64,000 nt of DNA, taken from NCBI GenBank assembly GCA_950097015.1, contig CATNEN010000003.1:7626001-7690000 (forward strand), written 5' to 3'. Shown here piece by piece: positions 36,501 through 46,924 of the stretch. The notes beneath the pieces were generated by a model that had not been told where the DNA came from, ran no database searches, and saw only the letters and a list, made by a program, of their open reading frames with translations. Numbering within the stretch: position 1 is the stretch's first letter; every line of letters begins with the position of its first letter. Made by a program: the position numbers and the translations under genes. Origin of the DNA: Macrostomum hystrix. Taxonomy: Eukaryota; Animalia; Platyhelminthes.

Positions 36501-39500
36501 ATTTAAATATCTACTCGGCAAAATCTACTAACTGACTTCCTCTGAAGCTAAATATCTGCAACAGATCTAAGCTATGGATATAGGGACCTGTTGAGAATTT
36601 ATAAGACATGAAGAGGATATAAACAAGAGTGAAATTGACGTTAAGTATTCGACAGGGGAGAGATGAGGCAGGGGAGAGTTGAGACAGAGGAGAGATGAGA
36701 CAGGGGAGAGATGATACAGGGAAGAGATGAGACAAGGGAGAAATGAGACAAGGGAGAAATGAGACAGAGGAGAGATGAGACAGGGGAGTTAAGACAGAGG
36801 AAAGATAAGAAAGGGGAGAGATGAGACAGGGAGAGATGAGACAGGGGAGAGATGATACAGGGAAGAGATGAGACAAGGGAGAAATGAGGCAGAAGAGAGA
36901 TGAGACACGGGAGAGATGAGAGATGGAGGGACAGAGAAGCGATGAGACAGGAGATATTGGACAGAAGAGATATATGACGGGGTACAATGGAGCCTTGATG
37001 GTTGTTTAATCTACTGGCCGGAAGGCTAGCTGCCGACCCTAGGGTGTTTTGTTAGCGAGCTAGAAGTACACGTCCCTTTTAAAAATAATATTATCTAAAG
37101 ACACGTCAACTGAAATCGATGGAGACAAGAACATACTCCATCCTTTCCATTTCCTCTGCCATCAGTATTTTGCCTTAAAAGCCCAGCATTGACTGTCTAA
37201 ACGAAACATTTCCGCTTGTACTCGTAGATGCAGCACCAGATGCAAACACACACACAAACAATTGCTTTGCTTTATTCTTGTCTTTTGAATGCACTATTCA
37301 TTCATGGTTTTTTCTTGTTTTTATGCTTCTATCACGCGTGGCAATTGACTCTAACCTGTAGTCTGCAATTGTTAGATTTGTATTTGCTAATTTCGCGGAG
37401 ATGAAAACCTCAGGTAGCATTTAAACATTATCATATTTCTTCTAAAAATATATTCTGCTAGCTAAGGAGACACAATGGTCACGTTACCAATACAACCATC
37501 CAACCATTCTCGTTCATGAGACTCGATGTCACGTGACTTGATCTAACCAAACCAGATTTCTTAGAAATTGCCATTTTCGTTTAGAATACGCGAGATCACG
37601 TGACTTGATCTTACCAAACAAGATTTCTTAGAAATTGCCATTTTCGTTTAGAATACGCGAGATCACGTGACTTGATCTTAGCAAACCATATTTCTTAGAA
37701 ATTGTCATTTTCGTTTAGAATACGCGAGGTCACGTGACTTGATCTTAACCAAACCAGATTTCTTGGAAATACCGTTTATTCTCGTTTATGAGACTCGACT
37801 AGGTCAAGTGACATCATAAAGTAAAGCTAGATTTCTTAGAAATTGTAATTTCGCATTGATCGCATTGATTGATAGCAAGGTTATTCTTATTTACTATACA
37901 CCAGGTCACATGAATTGATCTAACTAAACCTGATTTCTTAGAAATGGCTATTCCTGTTTTTTAGACGCGAAGTCACGTGACCAATTTTTAAAGCCAGATT
38001 TTTTGAAAAGTGTGTTTACCTGTTTACGGAGAAAAGTATTTCTCTATGATTGACTAACAGACTAAGTAATAAAAGATGAAATTTTATATTTTTTTAACCA
38101 ATATGGATTCACTATTTTCTAATAATTTCTTTACTTTATGATTTGTGATTGCGAACAAATCATGATTCAAAATTAAAAGATGTAGTGAGTATTAAGAGAA
38201 TGTGCATACATATTCATTCTAGAGTGTCTATTGTGCTTAGCAATCAGTTTTTTCTGGATTAAAGAACGTTAAGATCGCATGCAAATTTTAAAAACGCGAG
38301 GCGTATATAAATAAAAGGTAAATTTATGATGCACATTGACAGCTATTGTGAATTTTGCAATCGACTTCAATTGTGTTAAAAATCACATTATGCGGAGTTT
38401 TTTGTTCTTTGCTGGAAAAAAAACTTATTTATGAAACAGAATGTTGGGGTTCGTCTATTGTTAAAAACAAAACTTTAACTAGGGTTGCTTTTGACGGTAA
38501 AAAAACAAAACAAAAACTTACCTGCTGTTCATTAACTGCATCATTACCATTGTCAGTCTTCTGATCATTTAACATTGAGGTTTGGTAGCATTATAAGGAT
38601 AATATAATAATATAATTATGGTTTCCATGCTTAGCAAAAGAACAGGCGTGCGCCGTAAGCAAGGCTTTGACTAGGGAATTCCAAAACTTGGATTGGTAAT
38701 CCCAGGACTACGATTAAGGAATCCCAGGACTACGATTAGGGAATCCCAAGACTACGATTAGGGAATGCCAAGACTACGATTAGGGAATCCCAAGACTACG
38801 ATTAGGGAATCCCAAGACTACGATTATGGAATCCCAAGACTACGATTAGGGAATCCCAAGACTAAGATTAGGGAATCCCAAGACTACGATTAGGGAATCC
38901 CAAGACTACGATTAGGGAATGCCAAGACTACGATTAGGGAATCCCAAGACTACGATTAGGGAATGCCAAGACTACGATTAGGGAATCCCAAGACTAAGAT
39001 TAGGGAATCCCAAGACTACGATTAGGGAATCCCAAGACTACGATTAGGGAATCCCAAGACTACGATTAGGGAATCCCAAGACTACGATTAGGGAATCCCA
39101 AGACTACGATTAGGGAATCCCAAGACTACGATTAGGGAATCCCAAGACTATGATTAGGGAATCCCATGACTACGATTAGGGAATCCCAAGACTACGATTA
39201 GGGAATCCCATGACTACGATTGGGTAATTTAACGACCACAATGAATCCCAAGGCTTGAATTCGTAATGCTGAGACTACGATTGGGGAATCCCAAGACTGC
39301 GGTGGGGGAATCCCAAGACTGCAGTGTGGGGAATCCCGAAACTGCGGCAGGGAAATCCATATGTTGGACTTTCACAAAAATTAGTCATTCGGTTTCGAAG
39401 CTATCGTGAAGTAGGCAATAAGTATGAGGTTGAGGTATCCCCATGGTCTTTCCCCAGGGCTAAAAATAGCAAGGTCTTTCTTCTGTTAATGGCTCGAAGC

Positions 39501-39987
39501 CAGAAGCTGGAAATAAAGCAAGCCAATAATTATGAAAAGCTTGACAACGATTAGCAAGTAAAAAGTTATTTTTTCAAAAATCAAATGCGCGATCCAGTTA
39601 TTTCCGTTTGATTTTCGAATACGCAACAACACGGCGCTGTGCAAATTTGAAGCATTTGAAGCACTAAGCGAATGCATAAAAATACAATAGAATTCATCAG
39701 ATCTACGAGTATATGAACTCACCTGAGTAGGCTTGATGTTGGTCTTGCTGCCGCACCTGGCGCAAGTTTTCAGTTTGCAATAGTGACACGGATGTCCGTA
39801 GGTCTCGGCGAATTTCACCTTGTTGCAAATCTGGCAGGTGCAAGTCGTCACCTCGGCGGCCGCTCCGGTCATCGTCGGCTTGGGAAAGCCGCCGAGCATC
39901 GTGACGCCGATCGCTGGACCGGCGGTGCTTGACGGCCCGCTGAAGGAACCCCCGCCGCCTCCGCTGAAGCTTTCAAACGCTTCATGA

Positions 39988-40038
<51 letters not shown>

Positions 40039-40145
40039 CCTTGGTGTCTGCTGATCTCACCTTGTATGCCCCTGATAGCGGTGCCAGCCTGATTAGATAC
40101 CTGATCTGTGACTTGCTTGGCCCAGTCAAACACTTTGCCAAACAT
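12926..40145 (-). CDS. RIM: Rab3-interacting molecule (RIM/UNC-10) presynaptic active-zone scaffold, ~1447-1460 aa
   Basis: Phase-consistent GT-AG exon chain in transcript order: 40145-39723, [38560-38522 optional], 33654-33038, 30444-30403, 28997-28733, 28649-28154, 27801-27746, 27664-27565, 27070-26806, 26066-26023, 25933-25726, 23202-23040, 22596-22507, 20993-20942, 17745-17712, 16886-16162, 16090-15883, 14549-14201, 13132-12926. Without the optional exon this is 4344 nt. Diagnostic motifs: CQICNKVKFAETYGHPCHYCKLKTCARCG, KNFLSHPVTWQ..LIGHML, GDEVLEWNG, RQLPQVP, FQRSEEV, FVEGLGPGQLVGRQVL, VWGDYGRIDRKAFMG. The small low-complexity exons are less certain. Confidence 0.93.
13160..14150. repeat. 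12-bp minisatellite (GCTACGATTCTA) containing a 342-bp tandem duplication
   Basis: The array fills the last RIM intron. The unique spacer GAGTTATTTAGAATTTATTATCGCTCG recurs 342 bp apart. Confidence 0.95.
14610..15852. repeat. Degenerate 12/24-bp minisatellite (GCTGCGATTCTA / ACGATTCCT)
   Basis: Intronic array related to the 13160-14150 array. Confidence 0.9.
16928..17255. repeat. 22-bp minisatellite (TTGGGGTAGAATCTCATCAGAC), ~15 copies
   Basis: Tandem repeat ~40 nt from a RIM acceptor. Confidence 0.95.
17936..20597. repeat. 31-bp satellite (CCACTCTAGAGCTCTGCAAGTGATTCTGTAA), ~86 copies
   Basis: Highly homogeneous 2.66-kb array with a few variant positions. Confidence 0.97.
22507..25933 (-). 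CDS. RIM: RIM C2A domain exons (25933-25726, 23202-23040, 22596-22507)
   Basis: GRIQLKLWYD..QLTVSLL; DKRRSKTV..EPSWCQLF; LQIEVMDY..IGE|VVIPL..LEDEPMWYDL. Confidence 0.92.
22667..22751 (+). mobile_element. SINE family A, head-only fragment
   Basis: GGGTCAGTGGCAGAG...GCCTCTCGCACCAAGGTCCTGAGCTCGATTCCGCGG...CACATTCATTTG matches 1609-1695. Confidence 0.8.
22758..22984 (-). mobile_element. SINE family A, 3'-truncated copy
   Basis: The reverse complement matches 1609-1845: A box TGGCAGAGTGG, B box GCTCGATTCC, and GATGAGAAAGTCAGGGCAGATGTACAC. Confidence 0.85.
23323..23760. repeat. 51-bp minisatellite with CCCTGAAGAATCAGA core
   Basis: About 8.5 tandem copies. Confidence 0.93.
24345..25695. repeat. 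Two abutting minisatellites: 22-bp (GAATCAGAGGACTCTCCCTGAA, 24345-24900) and 32-bp (CCCTGAAGAATCAGAGGGGCGGTGAGGACCAT, 24900-25695)
   Basis: Tandem arrays sharing a core with the 51-bp array. Confidence 0.95.
26405..26620. repeat. Degenerate 15-bp repeat (AATGGGAAATCCCAA)
   Basis: Short array of quasi-palindromic GGGAAATCCC units. Confidence 0.75.
26806..27664 (-). CDS. RIM: RIM PDZ domain exons (27664-27565 and 27070-26806)
   Basis: HPVTWQLSKDGTRLIGHMLLKK...LG|LKVMGG...AFIVRVRPGSVADRVGDLRVGDEVLEWNGRSL...QVELIVQR. Confidence 0.93.
27138..27430. repeat. 24-bp minisatellite (CTAGTTCTCCCCTTCCTTCTCCGT)
   Basis: Lies in the intron that splits the PDZ domain. Confidence 0.93.
27925..28095 (-). 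mobile_element. tRNA-derived SINE, family B (CORE-like central domain)
   Basis: The reverse complement has a B box (GCTCGATTCCC) followed by GTGTCCTTTAGCACGGCACTAAACTC...TCAGTTCACCCAGCTGCTAAATAGGTACC, which resembles the CORE-SINE consensus. A second copy is at ~60325. Confidence 0.65.
29160..29750. repeat. ~57-bp G-rich minisatellite
   Basis: Unit TGGTCAGGGAATGGGGTGGTTTTGCTCTAGGGGCAGGGAGTGAGGCGGTTGCTTTA. Confidence 0.9.
30523..33013. repeat. 2.5-kb pyrimidine-rich satellite, 16-bp base unit (GTCTCATCTCTCCCCT) with higher-order blocks
   Basis: Tandem array with recurring GAATCTA, TGTCGCT and GTGACAT variants. Confidence 0.96.
33038..33654 (-). CDS. RIM: RIM exon: end of Zn finger (SVWICVRC...SGKW) and Q/E-rich linker
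   Basis: The acceptor is ctgtag|, the frame is open for 617 nt, and WICVRC matches RIM WVCNLC. Confidence 0.85.
34050..34590. repeat. 23-bp minisatellite (AATCTCAGATAATCTACCTCTCG)
   Basis: Tandem repeat. Confidence 0.93.
35200..36000. repeat. ~22-bp minisatellite (CCATTTCCCTACAATTTCCCTG)
   Basis: Degenerate tandem repeat. Confidence 0.9.
36650..36960. repeat. Inverted-orientation copy of the 16-bp satellite (GACAGGGGAGAGATGA)
   Basis: Reverse complement of the 30523-33013 unit. Confidence 0.9.
37500..38010. repeat. 67-bp repeat carrying the (G/A)TCACGTGAC palindrome
   Basis: The motif occurs at 37528, 37595, 37662 and 37729 (67-bp period), with degenerate copies to ~37981. Confidence 0.85.
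38697..39345. repeat. 22-bp minisatellite (TTAGGGAATCCCAAGACTACGA)
   Basis: Tandem repeat. Confidence 0.93.
39723..40145 (-). CDS. RIM: RIM exon: N-terminus, polyQ(16), first three Cys pairs of the Zn finger
   Basis: The ATG at 40145 has in-frame TAA codons upstream. The exon encodes CQIC..CHYC..CARC and ends at the donor CAG|GTGAGT. Confidence 0.88.
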
Positions 40146-41269
40146 TATTAATTATTATTTCTTATTCTGCTTCTCGGGGCAATTGATTTTGGCTTGGCGA
40201 GGATTAAAATCCCGCACTGACATGTCTGATTGCGTGTCCTGTTTAAAGATTTTCTATTGTTTTATATTAAGGATTATATTAAGGATAATATAGTGCAATA
40301 TTAACTTGAAAGAATTCTTTTTTAAAAAATGGTAAGTTGAGTTTCTGTTTAAGAAAGAGGAACATTATCCTCTCTGAGCAGGGCGGAGTAGAATTTGGGT
40401 GGATGGCTTTAAGTCGGAGCGGGAGAGACAGGGAAGATGCAGAAGGATAGAGGTTGAGGCGGCTGAGGGGGGTAGGTGACCGCAGTGAGGCGATAGGCAC
40501 GGATTTTGGGCATTGGGCTGGGGGTGGGGCTACAGGCTACTGGGGTGGATGCGGGCACGGACGTTCCGAGTTGAGTATCTAAGCGATTGAGCACATGCTC
40601 ATACGGCATTCCTTATGGCTGAGCAACCCATTGACCCCGCACGCACGCATGCACACATACTGGTCATGCCTATAGTAACTCATTTGCATAGCACACTCGC
40701 ATTGGATGCCACCAATAGGAGAGTCAAATGAGTTCTAGGCCTAGACTTTCATTCTCCTCTTTTTTCCTCTCACTCACTCTCTCTCTCTCTCTTCTCATTT
40801 CTTTCTTCCTTTCTCTCTCTCTCGTCTTAGAGTTTTTCTTTAATAGCACGCTACGTACAACAAGGACAGTCGTAACTACAAGCGTTTATGCAAAGCTTTC
40901 TCCCGCTTCATTCCAATTCTAATGAGAGGTATAGTGGGGTGAATTGTGTATCGGAGAATGCGATAGATGTTTTACAAGTAAATTGGACACTTAGTTTGCT
41001 GCTCCGTGTTACGCTCTATTCTTTTTCTTCCGATTCATTGTTATTTTCGTCAGTTAATTTTACACGTTTTCCTTGCTCTTTTACGGGTAACACGACCCAT
41101 TGCTATTATTCTACGGATTCATTGAATGTTAGGGACATTCTATGCGCTAATCACCTCATAGTGTTCAGATTTTCTGTTAGTATTTTACTGTCTAGTCTGA
41201 TTCTTTTAATTCCGCTTTTTTCTTTTTTACTTTAACTTTCATCGCTTACATCTCTTAACACTCTTTTAC

Positions 41270-41865
41270 CCCACTTTATCTCATCCCTGACTATATCATC
41301 CCTGACTATATCATCCCTGACTATATCCCAGTTTATCTCATCCTTGTTTATCTTACTCCTGTTTATCTTACCCATATTTATCTCACTCCTGTTTATCTCA
41401 CCATATTTATCTCACTCCTGTTTATCTCATCCATCTTTATCTTACCTCTGTTTATCTCACCACATTTATCTCACTCCTCACTTACGTTTTTTCCCACCCC
41501 TATTTATCTCACCCCTGTCTATCTTACCCCGGTTTATCTCACCCCTGTCTATCTTACCCCGGTTTATCTCACCCCTGTCTATCTTACTCCTTTTTATCTC
41601 ACCCATACTTATCTCACCCATACTTATCTTACCCATATTTATCTTACCCATGGTTTTCTCACCCATATTTTTCTCACCCATATTTTTCTCACCCATATTT
41701 ATCTCACCCATATTAATCTCACCCCAGTCTATCTTATCTCACCCCTGTTTATCTCACCTCTGTTTATCTCACCCCTGTTTATCTCACCCCTGTTTATCTC
41801 ACCCCTATTTATCTCACCCCTGTTTATCTCATCCCTGTTAATCCTAATTCCCTGCTTATCTCATC
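41270..41865. repeat. Degenerate 15-bp repeat (TTTATCTCACCCCTG)
   Basis: Tandem repeat. Confidence 0.85.
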
Positions 41866-42859
41866 ACTGCTTTTGACACCCCAATAAATTATTGGCTTGT
41901 GTATCTTGACAATCGTCCGTAATATTATAGAAAATACTTGCAGCAGTTTGAGTAGGCAAGCTTAAACCCGTAAGCCTTAGCTAATATTTCGTCTCAAAAT
42001 ACCTTATCTGCTTACTATTTTACATAGCAGACAGGCAGTGTTTGTTTAGTCAAAAAATTTCAAAGAAGTCAGAGGGCATAACTATTTTGATCCATATAGT
42101 GTTGTTCCTTTACTCATCGGTATTTCTAATATTATATTAGTGCATATTTGCATAGTGTTAATCTACAGTCCAAAGTCTTGTGCAAACACTTGTGCCGCTA
42201 TATATAGCCTGTATGTACCCCAATGCTAATCCGCCAGCACAAACACTCAGATTAGGAATTGGCGAGGCCTACCCTACATCTTTTGAGAAGCTTCTCAGAA
42301 CTCTAAGAATTGATTCAACTGTAAAAATGACTGAAAAAAAAGATTATATTTAGCCAAATCCGACACGTCAGTCGGATTGGGATTATTAAGGAGATTCATA
42401 CTTAAATCCAGCTATTATACATAGGCAAATAAATAGTAAGCTGTTATGGCACCCATGACATTAACAAAAATTGGTGGTCTAAAACGGGCCAATTTATCTG
42501 GTTTTTTTTCGTTGCAGCAATTTATCAAGACCAAAAAAATTTCTCTTCCAACAGTTTAATAACCGAATTTGAGTTTATTGCTGTTGGAGTGGAGTTTGTT
42601 CGGACAGAATAAGCTTTCATTATCCCAGTAAATTGGACAAAATTTACGACTTCGGTATTTTCAAAGTTCATTCTAAGTTTACAGCACAAGTGTTACGGTT
42701 TAGTGCAGGTTTAGAGCGGTTAACTAGGGTCGAAAACATTAGAAATTTAGTACAATTAAATTAATGAAAAATATATTTATTTCCTTGAAATATATAGTTT
42801 AAAGAAACGACTAAAATTCATAAAATAAGAGATGGTGATTCATTTCTAACAAAGCTATG

Positions 42860-43740
42860 ATTTTCTAGGCACCCCCAAATTCTTTCTTAGAAAGCTCCTA
42901 AAATATTTCCTGGAAAGCTACTCTATGTACTAGAAAACCATTAGATTTCCAATATAGCAGCTGGATTTTCCAGAAAGCCACTATATTTCTTAGAAAAATA
43001 CTAGAACGATTTCCTTGAAAGCTACTAGTTTTCCAAGAAAGCTGATAGATTTCCTCGAAAGCTACTAGTTTTCCTAGAAAGCTGCAAGATTGTCTTGAAA
43101 GTTAATAGATTTTCTAGACAGCTACTATTTATCCTAGAAAGCTACTAGTTATCCTAGCAAGCTACTGGATTTCTTTGAAAGCTATAAGAATTCCTAGAAA
43201 CTATAGGATTTCCCAGAAGGCCACTGGTTTTCCTAGAAAGCTACTAGTTTTCCTAGAAAGCTAATCGTTTTCATGGAAAGCTACTGGATTTACTTAAAAG
43301 CTATAAGAATTCTTAGATAGCATAGGATTTCCTAGAAAGCTACGAGATTTCGTAGAACGCTTTTAGTTTTCCTAGAAAGCTACTAGTTTTTATTAATAGC
43401 TACTAGTTTTCCTATAAAGCTACTCGTTTTTCTAGAAAGCTACTAGATTTCCTAAAAAGCTAATAGTTTTCCTAGAAAGCTACTAGATTTCCAAAAAAAG
43501 CTAATAGTTTTCCTAGAAAGCTAATAGTTTTCCTAGAAAGCTAATAGTTTTCCTAGAAAGCTAATAGTTTTCCAAGAAAGATTTAAGATTTTCTAGAATG
43601 CTATATGATTTCCTAGAAAGCTACCTAATTTCATAGAACACTCCAAGAGTTATCTCAATAGAACGCTACTAGATTTCCTAAAATGCGCCGAGGTTTCGTA
43701 GAAAGTAATTAATTTTCTAGAAATCAACTAGTTCTCTTAT
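42860..43740. repeat. Degenerate ~21-bp repeat (TTTCCTAGAAAGCTACTAGTT)
   Basis: Old, diverged array of quasi-palindromic units. Confidence 0.85.
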
Positions 43741-44389
43741 TTAAAAAGCTAAGTACGCCAGTTGTCAGTTAAAAGTTTACGGAGAATGGATTTTAAAAAG
43801 TTGGTAAGCTACAATAAAAGAACCAAGAAGCCAAAAATAGCCAAAATTTTATGACATATCGACTGATAAAGATGTTTGATCGACGAGGCTATGAAACTGA
43901 TTTCTCCTGGGAATTGACAGAAACTTCTCAAACCGCAAAACCGCATTTGGTATTGACCATGTTAGGCTGTGGTGTATAAGAGCACAGACTGATAGACAAA
44001 GCAGCCAGCATAGCTGCGTCGGTCAGTTTTGTAGGCATAAAAGCAGTTTATGTCTTGTTTCTGGGCGGTTTGTTACTATTGAGATGAAAAGTCGGCAGGG
44101 TCAGGAGACGCGAGTGTACACATTTGCATGATCGCTCCATCACAATCTCTCTCCCTCTGCATTCCATATCACTCTAGTTGAAGCAATTCAATTAGGAAAA
44201 AGTTCAGCAATGTACTTTTACAGGCGGTATATTATTGATCTAGTTTTTTTACGAGTTTCTGTAACGAGTTTCTCTTTCTTTGATCTCCTAATAGCTCATT
44301 ATATAGAAAATAGGCAGAGATGGTAAAAGAATGAAGAACATAAGAAGTCAGGTGAGAGGAGACGAGAAAAGAGGAGATAAGATTAATGA

Positions 44390-45012
44390 GATGAGAGGAG
44401 AGGAGAGGAGAGGAGAGGAGAGGAGAGGAGAGGAGAGGAGAGGAGAGGCGAGGAGAGGAGAGGAGAGGAGAGGAGAGGAGAGGCGAGGAGAGGAGAGGAG
44501 AGGAGAGGAGAGGAGAGGAGAGGAGAGGAGTGGAGAGGAGATGAGAGGAGAGGAGAGGAGAGGAGAGGAGAGGAGAGGAGAGGAGAGGAGAGGAGAGGAG
44601 AGGCGAGGAGAGGAGAGGAGAGGAGAGGAGAGGAGAGGCGAGGAGAGGAGAGGAGAGGAGAGGAGAGGAGAGGAGAGGAGAGGAGTGGAGAGGAGATGAG
44701 AGGAGAGGAGAGGAGAGGAGAGGAGAGGAGAGGAGAGGAGTGGAGAGGAGAGGAGAGGAGAGGAGAGGAGAGGAGAGGAGAGGAGAGGAGAGGAGAGGAG
44801 AGGAGAGGAGAGGAGAGGAGAGGAGAGGAGAGGAGAGGAGAGGAGAGGAGAGGAGAGGAGAGGAGAGGAGAGGAGAGGAGAGGAGAGGAGAGGAGAGGAG
44901 AGGAGAGGAGAGGAGAGGAGAGGAGAGGAGAGGAGAAGAGAGGAGAGGAGAGGAGAGGAGAGGAGAGGAGGGGAGAAGAGAGGAGAGGAGAGGAGAGGAG
45001 AGGAGAGAAGAG
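44390..45012. repeat. (GAGGA)n pentanucleotide microsatellite, ~620 bp
   Basis: Almost pure purine tract. Confidence 0.97.
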
Positions 45013-45477
45013 GTTAAAATCAGTAAAAAGACAGAAGTGTATTGCGACAAGATAGCACTAAAAGTAACACAGACAGCCCAATAAAGACGGTAAATTTCTC
45101 CTCTAAAGTGCTTGCTTGGAAAAGGCGAGAAGCTGTGATCGATGAAAGTAAAGAGGTGATTAAATTTCTCAGAGTTCCGCCGATTGCAAACTGCTCACAT
45201 ATGCAGAGAATGTGTGAGCACATATTATATGAGATGTGAGTGCGCGTGTGCCACAGCTTCAAACTGAGCATATTAAACTGTCCGTCAACAATCTAAAATG
45301 CGATATCTAATCGAGTTTTTAGGAATCTTGACTGAGAGCATATTATCGATATCCAGCTAGTCTGCTATGTCTGCGAGCATAAATCCTGAATTTAGGAGGG
45401 GAATTTAGGAGGGGATTGAAGGCCAGTGTTTGAGGTAAGCCTCCTTACTTGATTTTCCTATAGCTTCTTGCTTTACT

Positions 45478-46370
45478 TAACTTTCTCCTGTCTTTCTCCC
45501 CCTCTAACTCTCCCTTGTCTTTCTCCCCTCTTACTCTCCCTTGTCTTTCTCTCCCCTCTTACTCTCCCTTGTCTTTCTCCCCTCTAACTTCCCCGTGTCT
45601 TTCTCTCCCCTCTAACTCTCCCTTGTCTTTCTCTCCCCTCTAACTCTCCCTTGTCTTTCTCCCCTCTAACTCTCCCTTGTCTTTCTCCCCTCTAACTCTC
45701 CCTTGTCTTTCTCCCCTCTAACTCTCCCTTGTCTTTCTCCCCTCTAACTCTCCCTTGTCTTTCTCCCCTCTAACTCTCCCTTGTCTTTCTCTCCCCTCTA
45801 ACTCTCCCTTGTCTTTCTCTCCCCTCTAACTCTCCCTTGTCTTTCTCCCCTCTAACTCTCCCTTGTCTTTCTCCCCTCTAACTCTCCCTTGTCTTTCTCC
45901 CCTCTAACTTCCCCGTGTCTTTCTCTCCCCTCTAACTCTCCCGTGTCTTTCTCTCCCCTCTAACTCTCCCTTGTCTTTCTCTCCCCTCTAACTCTCCCTT
46001 GTCTTTCTCCCCTCTAACTCTCCCTTGTCTTTCTCCCCTCTAACTCTCCCTTGTCTTTCTCCCCTCTAACTCTCCCTTGTCTTTCTCCCCTCTAACTCTC
46101 CCTTGTCTTTCTCCCCTCTAACTCTCCCTTGTCTTTCTCTCCCCTCTAACTCTCCCTTGTCTTTCTCTCCCCTCTAACTCTCCCTTGTCTTTCTCCCCTC
46201 TAACTCTCCCTTGTCTTTCTCCCCTTTAACTCTCTCCTGTCTTTCTCCCCTCTAACTCTCCCTTCTCTTTCTCCCCTCTAACTTCCCCGTGTCTTTTTCC
46301 CCCCTTTAACTCTCTCCTGTCTTTCTCTCCCCTCTAACTCTCTCCTGTCTTTCTCTACCTCTCAATCTCT
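45478..46370. repeat. ~26-bp pyrimidine-rich minisatellite (CTAACTCTCCCTTGTCTTTCTCCCCT)
   Basis: Tandem repeat. Confidence 0.93.
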
Positions 46371-46924
46371 CTCTGATTTTCCTTATCCAATAACTCTCTC
46401 TCTCATGTCTTTTTCTCGTACAATCTGTTCCAATATTTCTCTTTCGTATCCAATCGCGAATCATTCAGTGTAAATTGAAAAGTACATGTATATGCAGGAA
46501 AATGTGTCTTGCGTTTTCATTTATCAGATTTTCATCTTTAATTTGTTTTTGTTTCGACTGAAAATTTTCGTCAGTAAACAAATTTTAAATAATTAGCTGT
46601 ACTATCAAATCTGGCCTTTTAAATAAATTGTAGAGTTTTGCACAGAAGATCCTACTTATAAGTAGAATATAAACATATCGGTCTAAAAAAACGAATGCTA
46701 GCTATAATGATCTGAATTGTTCTTGATAAATTGTTACTGGATTGATAGGGTGATGAAAGACTAGAATTTCTAGCATTTCATATTATATTATGAGTGTGGT
46801 GCTTATCACCCAGCTTCTTAGATTTCAATGGTCACTCTATGCGGGTGCTAAAATCTGTGCTTCCTCTGTCTCAACTCAATCAACTGCCTAATTTTTATCA
46901 AAGTGACAATCTACTGTATCTTAT

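Noticed and set aside
44232-45084. (RGEER)n / (SSPLL)n ORFs
   Set aside because: They are translations of the (GAGGA)n microsatellite.
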